From NCBI GenBank assembly GCA_963813075.1, contig CAWEXU010000007.1, forward strand, positions 1 to 64,000: a DNA stretch of 64,000 bases, written 5' to 3'. Source of the DNA: Methanotrichaceae archaeon (GTDB lineage: Archaea; Halobacteriota; Methanosarcinia; Methanotrichales; Methanotrichaceae). The position numbers and the translations under genes are program-made. Shown here in pieces: positions 56,213-64,000 of this stretch (the first letter of the stretch is position 1; every line of letters starts with the position of its first letter). The notes beneath the pieces are model-generated. The model was not told where the DNA came from, searched no databases, and saw nothing but the letters and a program-made list of their open reading frames with translations.

Positions 56213-58569
56213 GTGTACCTGGATTATTTCCCCTATGAGTCTCTCCGCCTCTACCAGGATAAGATGCTGGACGCAGTCTATGAAGTGGTGAGCGGAGGTA
56301 AGCAGGGGATTTTAATGATAGATGCTCCCACCGGCACAGGAAAGACCAGCTGCATCAGTGCTGCTCTGGCCGCAGCTCCGGGAAAGATCGTGGTGGCGGT
56401 GAGAACAGTCTCTCAAATCGATATCTACATCGATGAGATCAATCGCATATGGTCAAAAACCCGGCATAAGCCGGAGATCGCCTATATGGTGGGAAAGCAG
56501 AGGATCTGCCCTTTAGAGAGCGAGTTTCGGGGGGAGAGCGTCTATGCCGGCTGCTCCCGACTTCGAGAGTGGACCAAAAACTACGTCTCCTCCAGGATCG
56601 CCAAGGGCAATGCCAGCATCTACGATCCTTATGCCGATGACATGCCCGAGGAGGAGCCTGGCTACAGGACCTTCTGTCCATATTACCTGCGAAGCCGGGA
56701 GGGCTTCGAGATCAACGGGACCGTCCATTTCCGCCGCTCCGCCCGGGCCCTGGATGTGGTGGAAGACCTGAAAAAGAGAGTCACCCCGCCCTCCAGACTA
56801 GAGGACTCCTGCCAGGGCATCTGCCCCTATGAGATCATGAGCCTGTATGCCAAGAACAGCGATATAGTGATCATGAACTACTCTCACCTCTTCAGCCCCG
56901 ACTTCCAGGATATCATCTTTCAATGGCTGGAGATGGATTCCGAGAAGGTCACTCTGATCATAGACGAGGCTCATAACCTGGGAGATGCGGTGCGGGCGAT
57001 GAACTCACGCCACCTCACCCTGCGGATGATAGATCTTGCCGGGACCGAGGTGGAGAAGTTCGAGGGCACCTTAGGGCAGGCCAGGCTGGATGAGACGAAA
57101 GAGGGTGCCTCCTGGAGGAGAGAGGGAATCAGGGTCATAAGGCTGCTCCTTCCCAGGCTGAAAAGGTTCCTCTCAGAGCCGGCTGGAGAGGATGCCGGAG
57201 GGGGAGGCTCTGATGGATGCCGACCTGTTTCGCGCCTTCCTCTATGATGGGATCGATGATATCGACGAAGCACTATCCTATTTCTCAGATGTGACCGTAG
57301 CGGTCGCCGATCTTAACCTGGCGGAAGGGGACAGGGAGAACCTGCAGGGAGATATTCAGCCCAATCTCGCCCTGGTGCTGCTATTCCTCAGGGACGTGGA
57401 GACGGCGGAGACCGATATCGCTCTCCAGAGGAAGATCGTGGTCACCGGCTCGGGGAAAAGGAAGCTCGTCCGGCTGGAGGTCAATAACATCGACCCTGCG
57501 GCCAACATCCGGCGGATCACAGATAACATCAATGCCACCATCATGCTCTCCGGCACATTCTCTCCTCTTGAGGCTTATGAGCTGTACTGTCTGGGTGAGG
57601 ATGGCAGAGCAAAGAAGCTGAGCCTGCCCAATCCCTTCCCCAAAGAGAACCGCCTCCTCCTGGCGGCAAAGAAGGCCACCACCCAGCTGGAGCAGAGGGA
57701 GGATATGGACAACAGGGAGGAGATATCAGGGCACATAAGATCGCTGATCGAGTGCGTCCCGGGAAATGTGGCGGTATTTTTCACCTCTTATCCCATGATG
57801 AACAACTACCGGGACGTCTGTCTCTCATCCTCCAGGAAGGTTGGAAAGAAGCTCTGCGTCGAGCCGCGCAGTGCAGACGAGGTTCCAGAGCTGTTGGACC
57901 TGTTCTTCTCTTTAGGTGCCAGAGGGGGGGCCGTCCTGACAGGAGTGTGCGGGGGCAAGCTGGCGGAGGGGATCGACTACAAAGGCGAAGCCCTGAAGGG
58001 AGTGGCGGTGGTCGGGCTGCCACTGGCCGCATATGATGAGATCCAAAAGGAGATCAACAGCTATTACACCATGAAATATGGCAAGACGAAGGGGATGCTC
58101 ATCGCTTATACCCTGCCTGCGATAAACCGGGGGCTTCAGGCTGCAGGAAGGGTCATCCGGGCCGAATCGGAAAGAGGCGTCCTGCTGTTCTGCGACCGCC
58201 GGTTTGCAGATGACGATCTGGGGGGAGTCAATCAGTTCCTCCCCAACTGGGTGAGGGAGGAGTTGATTGTAGCGGATGCAATAGAAGGACGGGAATTGAT
58301 CAAAGAGAAGATCGCGAAGTGGAAGACAGAGGGTATTTCCGAATATGTGCCTGGCTGGCAATTCAAAGGATGTGGAGGGAATGCAATTGCAGGAGAATAG
58401 CAGAAAGGGCAGTGAACTTTTCGGAGAGAGGAGGACGAAGCCCCGAAGGGGCAGCAAGAGGGATCTGAGAGAGCTGGCAAGATCGTTAGGCCTCGGGCAG
58501 TCCAGCCCCAAAATCGATGCTACAGCCAATAGATCCGCCCCATCTGGCAGGAAGGATAGGGGAGTCTAG
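56213..58569 (+). CDS. Rad3/XPD-DinG family helicase (frameshifted)
   Basis: APTGTGKT, DEAH, SGT, EGID, QAAGRVIR. Confidence 0.93.
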
Positions 58570-58913
58570 TTGATCTGCTCAGCTTCCAGCACCCGCAGAG
58601 GGATGGTGCCCAGAGCCTTTCCCACACTGGATTTGGCTATCCTTCCCGCATGCTCCTCGCTCTCTGCATTGAATATCTTGATCTCGAACAGAAGTGCCAC
58701 CAGGGCCGTGCTGCTCACGAGAAAGACGCCGTCTAAGGATTCATTGCATTCAGGGCAATCCCACTGGCCAACCTCTACCTCTACAAAGTCCATCTTTCTC
58801 TGGTTCAATCTCTTGCCCGCCTCAGAGATGGCCACACCAATGGCATCATCCTCGGTCTTGACATCTCTGACCAGCCAGGCACCCTCCAGCAAGACGTTGA
58901 AATTCGGCATCAA
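58566..58913 (-). CDS. UPF0212/DUF555 protein
   Basis: DDAIGVAISEAGKRLN, CPEC, NAESEEHA. Confidence 0.9.
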   Translation of the reverse strand: MMPNFNVLLEGAWLVRDVKTEDDAIGVAISEAGKRLNQRKMDFVEVEVGQWDCPECNESLDGVFLVSSTALVALLFEIKIFNAESEEHAGRIAKSSVGKALGTIPLRVLEAEQIN

Positions 58914-59265
58914 CTAAGTGCTAGGATGATGTATCATATCTACTTTTTCCGCCAGAAATCGCTTTGGTTTTCCAGTCTATCGCGAAACGCATATTCATGG
59001 CAGGCGGAATTTTCAGCATAGATAGAGGTTGCCAGTCCACTTTTTGTTCGGCAATTTTTCAGTGTTTATATCTGTTTATTGCCTGCAGTATTGGAGCGAA
59101 GCATATACTATTAATAAGAGAGCATCATTCGGAACATTATGTCTGAGGAAGCACCGGCTATTCCGGGATTATCACTTTATTGCAGCATTTTTATTTCCGT
59201 TCCCTGAAAACGTTATCATACATCAAGTCGTTAATCATCAAGCATAAAAAGAGGGTCTTGCATAT

Positions 59266-61301
59266 ATGCGAGAGGATATGCAAGAGGACAGGGCGGTAGA
59301 TAACCGGAAAAAGGTCCTGGACTACATATCGGATAACCCTGGCTCACATATGAGAAAGATAGCCAGGGAGTTGGATATGCGCCTGAGCACTCTGCGCTAT
59401 CATCTCGATCATCTGGAAAAAAAGGGTTCCATTGCCTGCCAGAAGCAGAATAACTTAAAGGTATATTTCGCTCAGGGCAAGCTCAAGCCCATGGAGAAGA
59501 CACTGGCCCCGCTGCTTCAGCAGAAGCGTTTTCGCGATATCATTCTCATTCTGATTGAATCTCCCGGATTGACATTTTCCCAGATCGTCGATAGCCTCTC
59601 TATCGGGGCCTCAACCACCTCAAAATACATCAGTATACTTGAAGAGAAAAAAATATTATTTCATGAAAGGTCTGGAAGGGAGAAAAAATATTTTGTAAAT
59701 AATAAGGGGAGTGTGATTGATCTTCTCACGACCTACAAGCAGATGATGGCCGATATGAGCTACGAGATTCGCACTCCGATGAATACTATCATAGGCATGA
59801 CCAGCCTCCTTTTGGATGAGAAGCTGACAGCTGAGCAGAGGGATTTTGTGGAGACGATCAAGGTAAGCGGAGACGCTCTAATGTCCATTATCAATAACAT
59901 CCTTGACTTCTCCCGAATAGAGAGAGAAAACATAATCCTTGATATCCAGGATTTCATTCTGAGCGAATGCATCGAAGAAGCCCTGGATTCTGTGGCCTTG
60001 AGGGCAGGGGAGAAGAGGCTGAACCTGGCCTACAGGATAGAAAGAGGCACTCCGGACGGAATCTGGGGCGACCGCAAAAAGCTCTATCAGATACTGGTCA
60101 AGCTGCTGGATAATGCTGTCAAGTTCACAGAGAAGGGAGAGGTTCTGATATCGGTATCATCTAAAGATGGCGACGGCCTCAGTGAGATTCAATTTGCAGT
60201 CAAAGATACCGGTATTGGCATTTCTTCAGAGATGATGGACCATCTCTTTGAATCTTACAGCCAGGTGATGGACCGGCTATCCCAGTCCTTTCGCCAGGCC
60301 AACTTCGAGTCGTTCAGCGGCATCGATCCTGCGGGAGGATATAATCCAGGAGCCGGCATTGGGCTTGCCATCAGCCGCAGGCTGGTGGAAATGATGGGAG
60401 GGAGAATCTGGGCGGAGAGCAATCCCGGAGAGGGATCGACGATTCACTTCTATATCAGGGCAGAAAGAGCAGAGATCAAGCCCCCATATGTCGGAATCCA
60501 GCCAATGCTGGAAGGAAAGCGAATTCTCATCGTGGAGGAAAACACGACCATTAAGGATATGCTCCGCCATGTAGCTTTGGATTGGGGCATGCTCCCTGTG
60601 GCAATCGAATCGAGCGAATCGGCGCAGAAGATGATTCAAAGCGCCATTCCCTTTGACCTCATCCTCCTCGATACTTCTAGCAGCAAATTTCAGGAGCGCA
60701 AATGCCGCCAGCATTGTTCGTATGCATAACCGGTCCATTCCCCTGGTGACCCTCTCATTTGCGGGGGAGGATGTGCAGTCGGGCCTGTCGGATGCTGCCC
60801 TGACAAAACCGATAAAGATTTCCCAGCTCTATGATGTCCTCACCGGGGTTTTGGCTGCCCAGCCCCTCCTGAGTGCGAGAGCCCTCTTCACCCAGGACGG
60901 CGAGCCCGTCGGCTGGCCGGAGAGTTCTGCTGGTGGAGGACAATATCTCCAATCAAAAGGTTACTTTAGCCATGCTCAAGCGCCTGGGATATGAGGCCGA
61001 TCTGGCCGCCAATGGAGTCGAGGCGCTGAAAGCATTTGAGAATCGCGATTATGATATCGTCCTGATGGACCTGAGAATGCCGGAGATGAACGGCCTGGAA
61101 GCCACAAAGGTCATCCGGGAGCGCTGGCCGGAGAGGAGAACAAAGATAATAGCCATCACTGCATTTGCATTGCAGGGAGACAGGGAGAAGTGTCTTGCCG
61201 CCGGGATGGACGACTACATCAGCAAGCCTGTGCGGATGAACGAGCTGGAGAAGCTGCTGGAAAAGCATGTGGGCTCAAATATTATCCCTCAAGCAGCTTA
61301 A
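59266..61301 (+). CDS. Winged-helix plus hybrid kinase-like protein with two REC domains (H-box His replaced by Tyr; frameshifted)
   Basis: Double wHTH, SYEIRTPMN, NAVKFT, DTGIG, GIGLAI, VLMDLRMPEMNG. Confidence 0.88.
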
Positions 61302-61578
61302 TAAAATTCAACGAGAATTGCTTCTTAATAGCGTCAAAATCATCATTATTTATATACATTTTAGAATTTTTGGTCTAACTGATGCATTTATTTTTCTAAA
61401 ATGAGCAGCATGGACGGATATATAGTTATATTAGAAAGCTGGAATTAGCAATTGGATAAGAGCGTCAATGACTTGAAAACATCATTAATGCTTTGGGCTG
61501 AGATTTGATTTAAGCCCAGAAGCATTATGAGAGCAAATGGATGAAGGAATCAGCGAGTCGCGAATTGGATGATGGAAA

Positions 61579-64000
61579 ATGGATATTGCCGCCGAGAGTG
61601 CAAATGCTGCTGCAGACTCCCCTGACAGCGGCCTGGATAATGAGCCCCATGACTCCCAGCCGCCTGCATCCAAATGGGTCTTTCCATTTCGCTATTCACT
61701 GGCCATTGCAGGCCTGACCGTCATCTTTTTTGCCTTAATATTATTCCTTTTGAGGGACGATCCGGATAAATCCACCGCTTTCTCAGATCTCGTCCTCATC
61801 CCGATTAACGGCATAGCTGCTCTCATTCTTTTTTATGCCGCAAGGTCATCATATAAACAGAACAAAAAGTTCTACTGGGCCTGGCTGATATTCTCCCTGG
61901 CCACTTTGAGCTTTGCCTTAGGAGATGCTATCTGGGCTTATGAAGAGGCTATCTTAGGCATCGATCCATTCTACTCAATTGGAAACATCTTCTTTTTAGC
62001 GTACTACCCGCTATTTTTATTGGGGATATTCTCCCTTCCATCCCAGGAATTTTCGGTTAGAGAGCGCTCCAAGATGATCCTGGATTTCGGAATAGTGATG
62101 ATCGCTGGGACCATCATGTTCTGGGACTTCATCATCGGACCGGTCATCCAGGAATCAGCAAACTACAACCTTCCCACATTGATCATCTACATCTTCTATC
62201 CGCTTGGGGATATGATATTGCTCTTCTCGGTGCTTGAGATCCTCTACCGGAAGATCTATGGCAATGAAAAGAGGCCATTACTCTTTCTTGCTGCCGGTCT
62301 GACCGCTCTGATCATAACCGATTCCATATTCCTCCGCCAATCATGGCTGGATACATATGTAGGCGGAGGGCTTCTCGATTTGGGCTGGGCCATATCATAT
62401 GTTCTGATAGGCCTGGCAGGAATGGCTCAGGCTGACGAGATGGCGAAGAATTCTCTGAATAAGATTGCTACAAGACAACTGCGCTATGGGGAACTGACCT
62501 GGATCATCTACCTGCCCTATATTTGTGCAGCGGGAGCTTTTGCATTGCTGATTTTGAGCCATGAAAATCCCATTGGCCTGTCCTTTTCCACTCTATCCGT
62601 GGCAGTAGGGGTAATAATCGGCATGGTCATTTTGCGCCAGGTTATAGTGCTGAATGAAAATGCCAGGCTTTATAAGAAAGCTCAGGAGGATATCCGGGAT
62701 CGAGAGCTGGCCCGATCGGAAGTCATACGGCTCAACGAAGAGCTTGAAGAGCGGGTAGCCCAGCGCACTATGGAGCTTGAGAATGCCAATAAAGAGCTTC
62801 AGAGCGAGGTAGTGGAGAGAATTCAGGCAGAAGCAGCTATGAGGGATTCCGAGCGCAGAATGGCGGACATCATCAACTTCCTCCCCGATGCTACTTTCGT
62901 CATAAACAAGGATGGAGTGGTGATCGCCTGGAACCGGGCCATAGAGAAGATGACCTCGGTCGAGGCAGAGGATATGCTGGGAAAGGGCAATTACGAGTAT
63001 TCTCTGCCCTTCTATAAAGAACGAAGGCCTATTCTGGTCGACCTGGTACTGAATCCGAACCTTGATCTGGAGAGCCGCTACGAAGAGCTCAAAAGGCACG
63101 AAGACAACAGCCTGGTCGGCGTCAGCTTCATCTCTAACCTCAAGGGGAGCCTGATCTATCTTCTGGGCAGTGCAGCAGTCCTTTACGATTCCGAAGGGAA
63201 GGTCTATGGGGCAATAGAGTCCATTCGTGACATCACCGACCGGAAGATGGTAGAGGAGGATCTCAAGAATGAAAGAGACAGAGCCGAATCAGCCACAAGG
63301 TCCAAATCCAATTTTCTGGCCAATATGAGCCATGAGATACGCACTCCGATGAATGCGGTCATCGGCATGGCCGGCCTCCTCCTGGAATCGGATTTGAAGC
63401 CTGAGCAACGCGACTACCTGGAGACCATCCGGAACAGCGGAAACTCACTATTGGCCATCATCAACGATATCCTGGATTATTCCAAGATAGACGGTGAGAA
63501 GATGGAGCTGGAGATCCTGCCCTTCGATCTCATGGGCTGCATTGAGGTTTCTATGGACCTGGTGGCAGCAAAAGCGGCAGAGAAGGGGCTGGAGCTGACG
63601 TACTTCCAGGATGATCTTGTTCCCAGGGTGATAATGGGAGATGAGATTCGTCTGCGTCAGGTGCTGGTCAATCTCCTGGGAAATGCCACAAAATTTACTG
63701 AAAAGGGCGAGATCGTCTTATCCTTGAGTTCCACCCCACTGGAAGAGGGAAAAGTAGAGCTGCATTTTAGAGTTATGGATACCGGAATCGGCATATCTCA
63801 GGAGAATTTAAGCCGGCTCTTTCAGTTCTTCACCCAGGTCGATTCCTCGACCACCAGGCATTACGGAGGAACCGGTCTGGGACTGGCCATAAGCAGGAGG
63901 CTGGTGGAGATGATGGAGGGAAAGATCTGGGTGGAGAGCGAGACGGAAATAGGGAGCACATTCCATTTCACCATTCGCTGTCGGGCGTGTCCTGATGAAG
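61579..64000 (+). CDS. Membrane PAS histidine kinase (runs off the window end)
   Basis: Open frame from ATG at 61579: multiple TMs, PAS (FLPDATFVI...WNRA), [31 protein letters not shown]. Confidence 0.92.
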   Translation, partial: MDIAAESANAAADSPDSGLDNEPHDSQPPASKWVFPFRYSLAIAGLTVIFFALILFLLRDDPDKSTAFSDLVLIPINGIAALILFYAARSSYKQNKKFYWAWLIFSLATLSFALGDAIWAYEEAILGIDPFYSIGNIFFLAYYPLFLLGIFSLPSQEFSVRERSKMILDFGIVMIAGTIMFWDFIIGPVIQESANYNLPTLIIYIFYPLGDMILLFSVLEILYRKIYGNEKRPLLFLAAGLTALIITDSIFLRQSWLDTYVGGGLLDLGWAISYVLIGLAGMAQADEMAKNSLNKIATRQLRYGELTWIIYLPYICAAGAFALLILSHENPIGLSFSTLSVAVGVIIGMVILRQVIVLNENARLYKKAQEDIRDRELARSEVIRLNEELEERVAQRTMELENANKELQSEVVERIQAEAAMRDSERRMADIINFLPDATFVINKDGVVIAWNRAIEKMTSVEAEDMLGKGNYEYSLPFYKERRPILVDLVLNPNLDLESRYEELKRHEDNSLVGVSFISNLKGSLIYLLGSAAVLYDSEGKVYGAIESIRDITDRKMVEEDLKNERDRAESATRSKSNFLANMSHEIRTPMNAVIGMAGLLLESDLKPEQRDYLETIRNSGNSLLAIINDILDYSKIDGEKMELEILPFDLMGCIEVSMDLVAAKAAEKGLELTYFQDDLVPRVIMGDEIRLRQVLVNLLGNATKFTEKGEIVLSLSSTPLEEGKVELHFRVMDTGIGISQENLSRLFQFFTQVDSSTTRHYGGTGLGLAISRRLVEMMEGKIWVESETEIGSTFHFTIRCRACPDE

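Overview
Archaeal chromosome segment, most consistent with a Methanothrix/Methanosarcinales methanogen (sepS, methanogenesis marker 9, radB, aRF1). Bases 1-19.2 kb are a CRISPR-Cas island: two arrays with I-G-like 36-bp repeats, cas4-cas1 plus cas2, a type III-B cmr1-6 operon, a CARF-nuclease effector, Csx3/Crn3, a stand-alone Cas6-like half of Csb2, an unknown membrane protein, an intact IS110-family element and a deleted IS21. The rest is mostly housekeeping genes, plus two toxin-antitoxin pairs, tRNA-Leu(CAA), several unexplained structured non-coding repeats and two hybrid kinases. Many genes, including sepS, are frameshifted, so the assembly is probably indel-rich and many coordinates are approximate. 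Top observation: the IS110 appears to sit exactly in a CRISPR repeat (GTTTC duplicated). Its upstream non-coding region folds into a bridge/seekRNA-like structure. One loop carries AUUGAAAC, the conserved repeat 3' handle, and another carries AUGGGAAA, matching the element's own end. This suggests an RNA-guided recombinase programmed to target CRISPR arrays. Second: two divergent copies of an unidentified ~230-nt structured RNA with a compensatory base change flank a tannase-like gene.
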